From assembly GCA_016182555.1 (NCBI GenBank), contig JACPGJ010000008.1, forward strand, positions 455,411-519,410: DNA of 64,000 nucleotides, read 5' to 3'. The DNA comes from Candidatus Kerfeldbacteria bacterium. GTDB lineage: Bacteria > Patescibacteriota > Patescibacteriia > UBA9570 > XYC2-FULL-38-9. The notes below the pieces were generated by a model. That model saw nothing but the letters and a program-made list of their open reading frames with translations. It was not told the DNA's origin and did no database searches. Of the stretch, positions 1 to 8,375 are shown in pieces. The position numbers were made by a program, and so were the translations under genes. The number at the start of each line of letters is the position of its first letter. Position 1 is the stretch's first letter.

Positions 1-59
1 TCCATAATGGCCATGCACGAGTTTGTTGTTCCGAGGTCGATTCCTAATATTTTTCCCAT
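1..59 (-). CDS. dnaK: Chaperone DnaK (5' end only, runs off window)
   Basis: Minus-strand translation MGKILGIDLGTTNSCMAIM is the Hsp70 N-terminal signature; follows grpE. Confidence 0.95.
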   Translation of the reverse strand, partial: MGKILGIDLGTTNSCMAIM

Positions 60-75
60 ACGTATATAAATTAAT

Positions 76-639
76 TTATTTAGCTATTTTTACTTTGGCG
101 TGCTGAATAATTTTGCCGCCCAGCATGAACCCCGCTGCCATCTCTTCGACAATTTCTCCACTTGGTGTGCCTGGCACATCGACTTCTTCAACCGCTTCAT
201 GTAATTCGGCGTTGAACGGCTGCCCAACGGTGTTCATAATTTCTACTCCGTGTTCTTGTAGCACTTTCAGAAAATTGGTTTGAATGTGCTCGATCCCTTT
301 CAGCCAACTGGAGTTGCGTTCCGATTCCGGAATACCTTTGAATGCGTAACGGAAGTGGTCAACCATCGGCAACAATTCCATGAGCAAGCCTTCGGTGGCG
401 TACTTCATGTTCTGCGAAATGCGTGCCGCGGTTTCTTTTTGCAAATTCTGGTAGTCTGCTCGGGCGCGTTTCCAGCCTTCCAAATATTCTCCGGCTTGTT
501 GTTTCAATTCAGCCAGTTCGTCTTGCGGTTCTTCTGCTGTCGCTTCTGGCGCTGCCGCAGGAGAACTTCCTTCTTCGGTCAAACGCGGTTCTTCATCCGG
601 CGCGTCTTCCGGTTTCGGTTTATGTGATGTGTTCTTCAT
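76..639 (-). CDS. grpE: Nucleotide exchange factor GrpE
   Basis: RARADYQN, GQPFNAELHEAV and GFMLGGKIIQHAKVKI motifs; lies between hrcA and dnaK. Confidence 0.95.
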   Translation of the reverse strand: MKNTSHKPKPEDAPDEEPRLTEEGSSPAAAPEATAEEPQDELAELKQQAGEYLEGWKRARADYQNLQKETAARISQNMKYATEGLLMELLPMVDHFRYAFKGIPESERNSSWLKGIEHIQTNFLKVLQEHGVEIMNTVGQPFNAELHEAVEEVDVPGTPSGEIVEEMAAGFMLGGKIIQHAKVKIAK

Positions 640-1348
640 TCTGTTGATCGATTAATGATTCCATATATTCCAAAATGGCAATATTGGTGGCGTAATCCAT
701 GCGCATTGGGCCCAAAATGCCCATCACTCCTTGCGTTTCGGTTTCCGGTAAAACATATTCCCCTACAACTATAGCAAATGTATTAGAGAATGGATTTTCG
801 GCGCCGAGTAACACGTCAATCTCTTGCCGCATCATCTGCTGCATATCGCTCATCACTTCATCCAAACGGTCGAACGCATCACCGAGCGATGTCATTACGT
901 TCGCTTCCGCAAATTCCGGTTTACGAACAATATGCGACATGCCTGTGTAGAGCACATCACCATTTCCGTCGGAAACAATTACGAGTTCTCCAGTGAGTTC
1001 CGAAACCGCGCGTGCAATACGTTTCAACCGTTCGCGTTCAGTATCAGCTTCTGCCGTGACCGCTTTGTCTAGCGTTGTTTGCTGCGCCTTTGGTAATGGA
1101 TCGTGTTGGAGAAAATGACGAATGTAATAATGATACCCCTTTTCGGTTGGCACACGGCCAGCAGAAGTATGGGGTTGGATAATTAAACCAGCATCTTCCA
1201 AAGCAGCCATGTCGTTGCGGACTGTGGCAGGAGAATAATCAAACCCATACTCTTCCACTAATACCTGCGAACTCACGGGATGAGCCGTTTTGATGTATTC
1301 CTGAATAATGGCTTGGAGAAGCAGCTTTCGCCGTTGAATTTTATCCAT
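620..1348 (-). CDS. hrcA: Heat-inducible transcription repressor HrcA (short form)
   Basis: PVSS, SPATVRNDMAALE, QPHTSAGRVPTEKGY and GILGPMRMDY motifs. Confidence 0.95.
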   Translation of the reverse strand: MDKIQRRKLLLQAIIQEYIKTAHPVSSQVLVEEYGFDYSPATVRNDMAALEDAGLIIQPHTSAGRVPTEKGYHYYIRHFLQHDPLPKAQQTTLDKAVTAEADTERERLKRIARAVSELTGELVIVSDGNGDVLYTGMSHIVRKPEFAEANVMTSLGDAFDRLDEVMSDMQQMMRQEIDVLLGAENPFSNTFAIVVGEYVLPETETQGVMGILGPMRMDYATNIAILEYMESLIDQQNEEHIT

Positions 1349-1357
1349 AATGAGATT

Positions 1358-1384
1358 TTAGCACTCGCAATGATAGAGTGCTAA
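1358..1384. promoter_or_regulatory. CIRCE operator (HrcA binding site)
   Basis: Exact TTAGCACTC-N9-GAGTGCTAA immediately upstream of hrcA. Confidence 0.97.
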
Positions 1385-1387
1385 TTT

Positions 1388-1417
1388 ATTATAGCCACTC
1401 CCTGTTTCTTCTGTCAA
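1388..1417 (-). promoter_or_regulatory. Sigma70-type promoter of the hrcA operon
   Basis: TTGACA (1417-1412), 18 nt spacer, TATAAT (1393-1388) on the minus strand. Confidence 0.75.
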
Positions 1418-1467
1418 GATATAAAAAATACGCTATTTTTAGCGCATTTTTTATTCTTTTTTTACTG

Positions 1468-1608
1468 TTATTCGACGACCTCGAATGGTTGATGCTGTAT
1501 AGTCGCCGCAGGCACTTCCTCTAATTTCTCTAATTGCTGGGAAATTCGCGATTCGTGCTCTTGTAAAAAGAGATCAAACTTGTTCATAGATTCAAGAAAG
1601 TAATTCAT
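1468..1608 (-). CDS. Small hypothetical protein, 46 aa (MNYFLESMNKFDLFLQEHESRISQQLEKLEEVPAATIQHQPFEVVE)
   Basis: Read by hand, below the ORF-track cutoff; perfect TAAGGAGG SD upstream and a terminator-like hairpin downstream. Confidence 0.6.
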   Translation of the reverse strand: MNYFLESMNKFDLFLQEHESRISQQLEKLEEVPAATIQHQPFEVVE

Positions 1609-1661
1609 ATATCCTCCTTATATAAATTAAAATTTGCTACTCTCTACCTACGCTTGCGGCC

Positions 1662-1769
1662 TTATTTCATGACCATTGGCATAATCAGCGCCATGAATAA
1701 TAGCGCAGAAACACCAATAAAAAGCATAGAAACAGAGAGCATTAACCGCTCGATTTTGTGGTCGTTCAT
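1662..1769 (-). CDS. Small single-TM peptide, 35 aa (MNDHKIERLMLSVSMLFIGVSALLFMALIMPMVMK)
   Basis: Read by hand; one ~22-aa hydrophobic segment; TTGACG/TATACT-like promoter upstream at ~1817-1845. Confidence 0.5.
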   Translation of the reverse strand: MNDHKIERLMLSVSMLFIGVSALLFMALIMPMVMK

Positions 1770-1871
1770 AGGTTGTTAATTTTCTTTTTGTTTGTTTGAA
1801 GCACTTTTATACATACAGTATATCAAAAAAAAAGAGGTTCGTCAAACTACTACTCGAAAACTGCTACTCGA

Positions 1872-1901
1872 AAACACCGCTCCGATGAAGCAGCGGTGTT
1901 T
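1872..1901 (-). terminator. Intrinsic terminator-like hairpin after the 1926..2663 gene
   Basis: AAACACCGCT...AGCGGTGTTT inverted repeat. Confidence 0.6.
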
Positions 1902-1925
1902 ATTCAATACGATGAATCTGCTCAA

Positions 1926-2663
1926 TTATTCTGTCATTTGGCTGTAGAGACTGTCTGCCTCTTCTAGTAATTTTGCGGCGTCAAGACTAGCTTGTACTGT
2001 CGAGCGCGTGCTTGTATCTAAGGTTTCTTGGCTGGGGTTATTGTGTGCAGCATCCCAATCATCTTGTGCCGTTTGGAGCGAATCCTGTGCAGTGGCTAAC
2101 AAACTGGCATAGGTCGTCGTATCTAGGGCATCATCTGCTTGAAAAAATGGCAATAGAGCATCAGCAGCATCAACCACTTCTTTATCCGCACCAATCGCTG
2201 CATTCAAACTATCCAAATAAATATCCAGCACCAAGTCTTTTGCTAAATCTTTATTCGCTTTCAACCATGCGATCGTATCAGCACGTGCAGCATCCAGTTC
2301 TGCGCTGGTGGTGGCACTGGAAACCGCTGCCTGCAAACTATTCACCTGTGATTGCGCATCATCAATCGCTGCTTGTCCATCTGATTTTGTTTCGTCTGAT
2401 GCATAATCAGATTGTTGTAATTGTGTTTCCACATCAGCCAGAATCGTTTCTGATTTGTCGAGCACCGTTATTAACGCTTCTTTACGTGCATCGAATGTTG
2501 CATCTTTTGCTTCGTTTACTGCTTCATTCACTGCAGCTTGCGTATCTTCATTTACACTGTTTTTGAGTGTGTCACCAATGGTGGCGACTTTCATCGCCTG
2601 AACAGACGGTGTGAAGAGTGTGAATATCACTAAGAGAGAGAAAATTGATGAAGTTTTTTTCAT
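1926..2663 (-). CDS. Secreted helical hypothetical protein
   Basis: Signal peptide (MKKTSSIFSLLVIFTLFTPSVQA); Ala/Asp/Gln-rich coiled-coil composition. Confidence 0.7.
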   Translation of the reverse strand: MKKTSSIFSLLVIFTLFTPSVQAMKVATIGDTLKNSVNEDTQAAVNEAVNEAKDATFDARKEALITVLDKSETILADVETQLQQSDYASDETKSDGQAAIDDAQSQVNSLQAAVSSATTSAELDAARADTIAWLKANKDLAKDLVLDIYLDSLNAAIGADKEVVDAADALLPFFQADDALDTTTYASLLATAQDSLQTAQDDWDAAHNNPSQETLDTSTRSTVQASLDAAKLLEEADSLYSQMTE

Positions 2664-2680
2664 AAATATATCATTAGAGA

Positions 2681-3007
2681 TTATTCAACATCCTGTGGTA
2701 ATGCGTAGCTATCTGCATCATCACCACTCTCAACAGCATTCGTTGCCTCAGTGGCATAATCAGATGCATCTTGCATTTCATTCAACGTTTCTTCGATAGT
2801 CGCTTCATCTGTGGCATCATTACCAGTTGGTGTGCCTGGGTCTTGCACCGTTACTTCTTCTGTTGCACTAGAGTTGCTCACCGTATTAGTATTGCTCGAA
2901 CGATTGGTATTTGTGCTTTGTTTTCCGCACCCGGCACCCATGAGCACCATTCCGGCAACAAACAGTGTCACCGTGATACTTGCAAAAGATTTTTTTCGCA
3001 TAGTCAT
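2681..3007 (-). CDS. Putative lipoprotein
   Basis: Lipobox-like VLMGAGC, then an S/T/N-rich linker and an acidic tail. Confidence 0.7.
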   Translation of the reverse strand: MTMRKKSFASITVTLFVAGMVLMGAGCGKQSTNTNRSSNTNTVSNSSATEEVTVQDPGTPTGNDATDEATIEETLNEMQDASDYATEATNAVESGDDADSYALPQDVE

Positions 3008-3042
3008 TATGTATAAATAATTATTGCTATTTAATTTTTTCG

Positions 3043-4185
3043 TTATTTTTGCACTATCTTCGCTAAGGCGCGCACCACATAATCAACATCTTCTATCGTC
3101 GTACTCCGACCGAGCGTGAGACGAAGACTGCGACGTGCGTCTTGGCGTGCATACCCGAGAGCAAGTAACACGTGTGATGGTTCCAGTGAACCGGCGGTAC
3201 ACGCAGAACCAAGTGAAGCAGCAATCCCCTCTTGGTCAAGATGCAATAATAATGCTTCGCCATCAACCTCAGGGATAAATACGTTGAGATTATTTGGCAC
3301 ACGGCGTGTGCGGTCACCATTGAGGCGGCTGTGCGGAATGGCGCTAAGAATAGCGTCCATCAGGCGGTCGCGTAATTGCGTGAGGCGCATATTTTCCTGC
3401 TGTTGCTCGGCATGGACTAATTGCAGGGCAGCCGCGAAACCAACAATCCCCGCAACATTTTCTGTGCCGGGGCGCAGGCCGTGCTCTTGGTGCCCACCAT
3501 AGAGGAGTGGCCGCAAGGTTACGCCGCGTTTCACATATAAAGCTCCCACACCTTTAGGGCCATACACTTTACTGGCATTGATGCTGAGAAGATCCACACC
3601 GAGTTTGCCCATGTCGAGTGGTTGGCTTTCAGTCGCTTGGCAGGCATCGGTATGAAAGAGTATTTTTGAGTTAACGGCTTTCACTAGCTGAACGGTTTCT
3701 GTGACTGGTTGAATAGTGCCAATTTCGTTATTCACCATCATCATGCTCACGAGAATCGTTGTTTCTTTTACTGCAGCAACGAATTGTTGTGGATTCACAA
3801 TGCCGTTGGGTGCAACCGGCACGATTGTGAGTTCAAACCCCTCGCGTTCTAATGCCCGACACGTGTCAAGAACAGCAGGATGTTCAATAGCGGTGGTCAC
3901 AATGTGCCCACGGCCAAGATGACGTGCCGCTCCAAGTAACGCCATATTGATACTCTCGGTTCCGCCGGCAGTAAACACTAATTCCTGCGGCGAACAATGC
4001 AAAAAACGGGCAATCGTTGTGCGTGCGTCATCAATAGCGCGGCGAGCACGGTAACCAGGTGTGTGTGCTGAAGATGGATTCGCATACTCTTCACGCAACC
4101 ACGGTTCCATAGCCGAAAACACCTCGGGTGCAAGTGGAGTGGTGGCGGCATGGTCAAGGTAAATGCGGCGCTGTTGTTCAGACAT
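3043..4185 (-). CDS. iscS: Cysteine desulfurase (IscS/NifS family)
   Basis: YLDHAATTP, HTDACQ, SKVYGPKG (PLP Lys), RPGTEN and GSACT motifs. Confidence 0.92.
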   Translation of the reverse strand: MSEQQRRIYLDHAATTPLAPEVFSAMEPWLREEYANPSSAHTPGYRARRAIDDARTTIARFLHCSPQELVFTAGGTESINMALLGAARHLGRGHIVTTAIEHPAVLDTCRALEREGFELTIVPVAPNGIVNPQQFVAAVKETTILVSMMMVNNEIGTIQPVTETVQLVKAVNSKILFHTDACQATESQPLDMGKLGVDLLSINASKVYGPKGVGALYVKRGVTLRPLLYGGHQEHGLRPGTENVAGIVGFAAALQLVHAEQQQENMRLTQLRDRLMDAILSAIPHSRLNGDRTRRVPNNLNVFIPEVDGEALLLHLDQEGIAASLGSACTAGSLEPSHVLLALGYARQDARRSLRLTLGRSTTIEDVDYVVRALAKIVQK

Positions 4186-4402
4186 ATATGACTAGCATAC
4201 AACCGATGCCAACGAAGTCAAGAACCGTAGAATATATACATTCGCGTTTGAATGTAAAGCATCCTCGAACCCATCACTTTCTAAAGGTGTGCATTTAGCA
4301 TATATACTTTTTATTAAAAAGAGGATATACTTTAAAGAACAAATATGTAAATGTACTGAAAAAACTTCACGTATTTGTCATTAATGATTTCATCTTACTA
4401 TT

Positions 4403-4897
4403 ATGGAGGCATTATTAGGTGAGAGCGCGGCATCGCCAAAAAAAAATAGACCAGAACTATCAAAAAAATTACCTACTGATAATGTTGAAAATGCTGAGAT
4501 ACATGCAACTGAACCTCATAATGCTATTGACTATACCAGCCCATCTGAAAGCAACGAAACTTGGCAACAGATACTCGATGCCCTAAGGGAAGCAAATGCT
4601 GGAGTTGATCATTCTGTGGCTACTCCAAGCAACGATCTTGAAACACTGGGACGAAGTATGAGAGAGCAGCTTACAAAAGAGCAGGCTAACGGTGGCTCAA
4701 AAACCAAAAGCATGCTATCGCCAGATGAAGTGAACGCAATTGCCGCGGCATTAGAAGAACCAACAGGACTCCTTGATGGTACATTTGAACCACAAGATTT
4801 GCTAGACATGACAAAGGAAAAATATGACGCATGGGAAAAAAAGCAAGCACTGGAAGAAGATCCTGAAGATCCCACTTTTTCTGAAGGAGAGCGGTAA
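4403..4897 (+). CDS. Acidic hypothetical protein
   Basis: 164-aa open frame in an AT-rich context; no recognisable motif. Confidence 0.6.
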   Translation: MEALLGESAASPKKNRPELSKKLPTDNVENAEIHATEPHNAIDYTSPSESNETWQQILDALREANAGVDHSVATPSNDLETLGRSMREQLTKEQANGGSKTKSMLSPDEVNAIAAALEEPTGLLDGTFEPQDLLDMTKEKYDAWEKKQALEEDPEDPTFSEGER

Positions 4898-4948
4898 ACA
4901 AATAACTTTTTTTGTGCTACCCTACGTAAAACAGAACTTATCTAAAGT

Positions 4949-5010
4949 GTACCCCATTGTATTGAGAATTGGAACACCTTGATTCAAGATTTGAGGCATT
5001 GGTTTACTGT
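4949..5010 (+). repeat. ~62-bp direct repeat, copy 1 (putative att-like cassette boundary)
   Basis: GTACCCCATTGTATTGAGAATTGGAACACCTTGATTCAAGATTTGAGGCATTGGTTTACTGT; near-identical to the 6263 copy and colinear with the 7344 copy. Confidence 0.9.
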
Positions 5011-5038
5011 ATTGCAGCAAATGAATAAATAAACATAT

Positions 5039-6202
5039 TTATTGCGCAATTTGTTTCATATTTTTCCAACTTAACACGTGCCCTTGGCTACGTTGTTGAT
5101 TTTGCATACCGCCATAAATAACATATCCATGCTCTGCTGACATTCCAGCTAAATTCGTCCAGTACTGAATACCTTTAAAATAATCTGAAACAATTGTTTT
5201 ACCAGATTTAATTTCAATAGGAATTAATTGGTCACCTTGTTCAATAATACAATCAATTTCATGCCCTAAACGATCTCGCCAAAAATAACAATTGGGTTGT
5301 GCACCTTGATTAAAACGAAACTTCATCAATTCAGCAATAATAAAAGATTCAAATAAACCCCCATATAAATAATGCGTTTTTAATTGCGCAACATTCGTAA
5401 TATGCAATAAAGCACATGCTAAACCCGTATCATAAAAATAGAGTTTTGGCATTTTTATCAACCGTTTACTAAAATTTTTATGATGAGGCTGTAATAAAAA
5501 TACGATATAGCTAGACTCTAAAATACTCATCCACGCTTTTGCCGTATTATGCGTAATTCCACAATCATTGGCTAAAGAAGATAAATTCAGAATTTGTCCA
5601 ATTCTCCCAGCACATAATTTAATAAATTTTTGAAAGGCCTGTAGGTCAGAAATATTTTTAATCAAACGAACATCGCGCTCAACATACGTTTGAATATAAC
5701 TAGAATACCATTCAGAAGGATTCAGGTGTTGATCATAAATGCGTGGATAACATCCTGTAAACAAATAGCTCTCTATTGATTTTGTTTTGCTACTCGCTTG
5801 CTCTAATTCTTCTAAACTTAATGGTAATAACGTGAGCATTGCCACACGTCCGGCCAGAGTTTGCGAAACATGCTGTTGCAATAAATAGTTATGCGACCCT
5901 GTTAAGATAAATCGACCATTGACTGGCTGATTATCAATCATCGTTTGTAAATAGGATAGTAAATCTGGTACCCGTTGAATTTCATCAAAAATAGCCCCTT
6001 CTTGATATTGATCTAAAAATCTACGGGGGTCTGTTTGGGCAAATTCACGGGTATCTAAATCTTCGAGTGATACATACGGTTTATCACGAAACACCTTACG
6101 TACCAGAGTCGTTTTACCTGCTTGGCGTGGGCCAATGACTGCAATGGCTGGCATTTGTTGAGCCAATTGTTTTAACTTAACTTCTACATTACGCTTAATC
6201 AT
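5039..6202 (-). CDS. ATP-binding protein, AAA_14 + DUF4143 family
   Basis: Walker A GPRQAGKT, FDEIQ, LTGS, KLYFYDTGL and C-terminal EIDCII...PIEIK (PD-(D/E)xK-like). Confidence 0.88.
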   Translation of the reverse strand: MIKRNVEVKLKQLAQQMPAIAVIGPRQAGKTTLVRKVFRDKPYVSLEDLDTREFAQTDPRRFLDQYQEGAIFDEIQRVPDLLSYLQTMIDNQPVNGRFILTGSHNYLLQQHVSQTLAGRVAMLTLLPLSLEELEQASSKTKSIESYLFTGCYPRIYDQHLNPSEWYSSYIQTYVERDVRLIKNISDLQAFQKFIKLCAGRIGQILNLSSLANDCGITHNTAKAWMSILESSYIVFLLQPHHKNFSKRLIKMPKLYFYDTGLACALLHITNVAQLKTHYLYGGLFESFIIAELMKFRFNQGAQPNCYFWRDRLGHEIDCIIEQGDQLIPIEIKSGKTIVSDYFKGIQYWTNLAGMSAEHGYVIYGGMQNQQRSQGHVLSWKNMKQIAQ

Positions 6203-6262
6203 AAAGCTATATTAGCATAGGTGTGACAAATTGTCAATTGAATTTACAATCTGTCCTATTTG

Positions 6263-6324
6263 GTACCCCATTGTATTGAGAATTGGAACACCTTGATTCA
6301 GGATTTGAAGCTGTGATTTACTGT
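6263..6324 (+). repeat. ~62-bp direct repeat, copy 2
   Basis: First 38 nt identical to copy 1. Confidence 0.9.
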
Positions 6325-6342
6325 CTTGCCTCAAATTGTAAA

Positions 6343-7278
6343 TTAACCATTTTGTAACAGTGCGTAAGACTCAAGCAATGCATCATAGATAAATGATTCC
6401 AAAAAAATGTATTTCTCTTCCAGTTGCGCTCGCTGTAAATAAGTATAATACGCTTGTTTCTTCTCTTGCTTAATTAACACTGGAGGTAATCCATATTGCA
6501 GAGCTTGTGCATGCATGAGTAATCTTCCAACACGTCCATTGCCATCAGAAAACGGATGAATTTGTTCAAACTGGGCATGAGTTTTTGCCATGTGCATGAC
6601 AATATCTTCTTCAGATGAGTGCTGGAGATCCTGGCCAAACGTATACATTCGATCATCAATCTTCAAATAATTCGTCGTAGGAACATGCGAACCAACGATG
6701 CGTACCCCATGACGGCGGTACATACCTGCGTCAGATCGAATACCATTCATCAAAATGGAATGAATTTTCTTTATCCAATCTTCTGTTATTTGTTTTGGCT
6801 TTTTATGTTGTGTTAACCACTGCATCAAATTTCCCAGTGCAGCTTGATGATTTTTTGCTTCTTGATGCTCAACGACTGTTTTATCAGGAATGGTCACATT
6901 ATCAAAAATAACCGCTCGCACTTCCGGTTCAGTGAATGTACTCCCTTCAATACTATTCGTATGATATGTCAGTTCAAGGACAAATGTTTCATACAGATCT
7001 TGCCGTTGTACTATATACTGTAACGGATGAGGAAATTGTTTTTTCAGTTCCGCCACCCGTTGCTTTTTTACCAAAAGCTCAGAGTCCGTCACTTCCTTAA
7101 CACCCGTATATTCTTGATACAATAGATCAATCTTCGCTTGTGCAATTTTACGTGGTAAACTCTTCCCATTCACCCAACTATTGAGTGTGACAAAACTGAC
7201 CTGCAGCATTTGAGCAAGCTCTGTTTGCGTTTTACCGCTTACTTTCAAAATTCGTTGAATTTTTTGCTGTACTGTCAT
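6343..7278 (-). CDS. XRE-HTH + Fic domain protein (probable start MTVQQK at 7278)
   Basis: N-terminal TQTELAQMLQVSFVTLNSW HTH; TNSIEG inhibitory-type motif; canonical HPFSDGNGRVGR. Confidence 0.9.
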   Translation of the reverse strand: MTVQQKIQRILKVSGKTQTELAQMLQVSFVTLNSWVNGKSLPRKIAQAKIDLLYQEYTGVKEVTDSELLVKKQRVAELKKQFPHPLQYIVQRQDLYETFVLELTYHTNSIEGSTFTEPEVRAVIFDNVTIPDKTVVEHQEAKNHQAALGNLMQWLTQHKKPKQITEDWIKKIHSILMNGIRSDAGMYRRHGVRIVGSHVPTTNYLKIDDRMYTFGQDLQHSSEEDIVMHMAKTHAQFEQIHPFSDGNGRVGRLLMHAQALQYGLPPVLIKQEKKQAYYTYLQRAQLEEKYIFLESFIYDALLESYALLQNG

Positions 7279-7343
7279 AAGTACAGTATAACAAACTTTA
7301 TAAAGAATCACAAGTTTTATAAAGTTTCAATACTCAATGGTAT

Positions 7344-7401
7344 GTACTGCATTGTATTGAAAATTGGAACACCATAATTCAAAATTTACGCCATTGGTTT
7401 A
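7344..7401 (+). repeat. ~58-bp direct repeat, copy 3 (diverged)
   Basis: GTACTGCATTGTATTGAAAATTGGAACACCATAATTCAAAATTTACGCCATTGGTTTA; gap-free alignment to copy 1. Confidence 0.85.
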
Positions 7402-7490
7402 AGGAATTGAATGAAATTTTTGACACCTGTTTAAATGCTAATTAGAATATATATATAATTTAATAGTGTATTAAACAAAAAACTAGCTAT

Positions 7491-8129
7491 ATGGAAAGAT
7501 ATAATCCTGACACAAGACAAATGCATGGCCCATTTGAAAAATTTCAATTACGAGATATCCATTGGAAAGATACATTACCTTATACATTGCAAAAAAAAGC
7601 AGAAAGGCTAGACCCCTATTTTGATGAGCAAACTAATGATTATTCAAATCAATACTTCCATCAAAATTTTATAATCAACAATGATCAATTGGATTTTTTT
7701 GGATTAAGAAAAGTTTTTAAAAAAAAGGATCTTCAAATATTACTTAGAATCTGTAACAATGATTCGTTTATTCATCTTAAAATAGAACTTAATAAATATA
7801 CTGACAATTATTGTGTAATCACTGCTATAAAAAAAGAACGTGGATCAGCTACTTTACCTTCTAAATTGGGTATACAATTATATGAAAAATTGTTTGATTT
7901 CTTACAAGATTTAGCTGATACAACAGGTAAGCCGGTTACGCATATTGTAAGACGTGCTCCTGAAGAAATGAGCGATACACCTCTTACAATAGAACGTTGG
8001 AATCAAATATTTTTTCCTATTCTAAATAAAAATGGGAGAGTATACACCCTCGATCCAGAAACTGAACATACTTTTGAACATACTTTTCTACCTGAATCAA
8101 AAAAACCAAATACTCTGCAAGCTGCCTGA
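7491..8129 (+). CDS. Hypothetical protein (low GC)
   Basis: 212-aa ORF, markedly AT-rich; no recognised domain. Confidence 0.7.
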   Translation: MERYNPDTRQMHGPFEKFQLRDIHWKDTLPYTLQKKAERLDPYFDEQTNDYSNQYFHQNFIINNDQLDFFGLRKVFKKKDLQILLRICNNDSFIHLKIELNKYTDNYCVITAIKKERGSATLPSKLGIQLYEKLFDFLQDLADTTGKPVTHIVRRAPEEMSDTPLTIERWNQIFFPILNKNGRVYTLDPETEHTFEHTFLPESKKPNTLQAA

Positions 8130-8214
8130 AAAAAACTGTTATCTTCTATACACGCAAGTGCGATAGATAAAAAATGTCTAAAACGCATCAAAAAATGGAA
8201 TTTTTTGTTGTCTG

Positions 8215-8286
8215 TACCCGCACGGGGAATCGAACCCCGATTATCGCGTTGAGAACGCGGCGTCCTAACCGTTAGACGATGCGGGC
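8215..8286 (-). tRNA. tRNA-Glu (CTC)
   Basis: GCCCGCATCGTCTAACGGTTAGGACGCCGCGTTCTCAACGCGATAATCGGGGTTCGATTCCCCGTGCGGGTA cloverleaf; CCA not encoded. Confidence 0.95.
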
Positions 8287-8375
8287 AAGGGGTTTTGTGC
8301 CGCCATGCAACACAAAAAACGCAGATGGATTCTACGTTTTTTTGATTGCTCAGTCAAGACGGACGGACAAAATTA

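Noticed and set aside
4949-7401. CRISPR array or classical integron attC sites as an explanation for the three repeats
   Set aside because: The spacers are gene-sized (1.1-1.3 kb), there are no cas or intI genes in the window, and the repeats lack RYYYAAC...GTTRRRY ends and a full attC palindrome.
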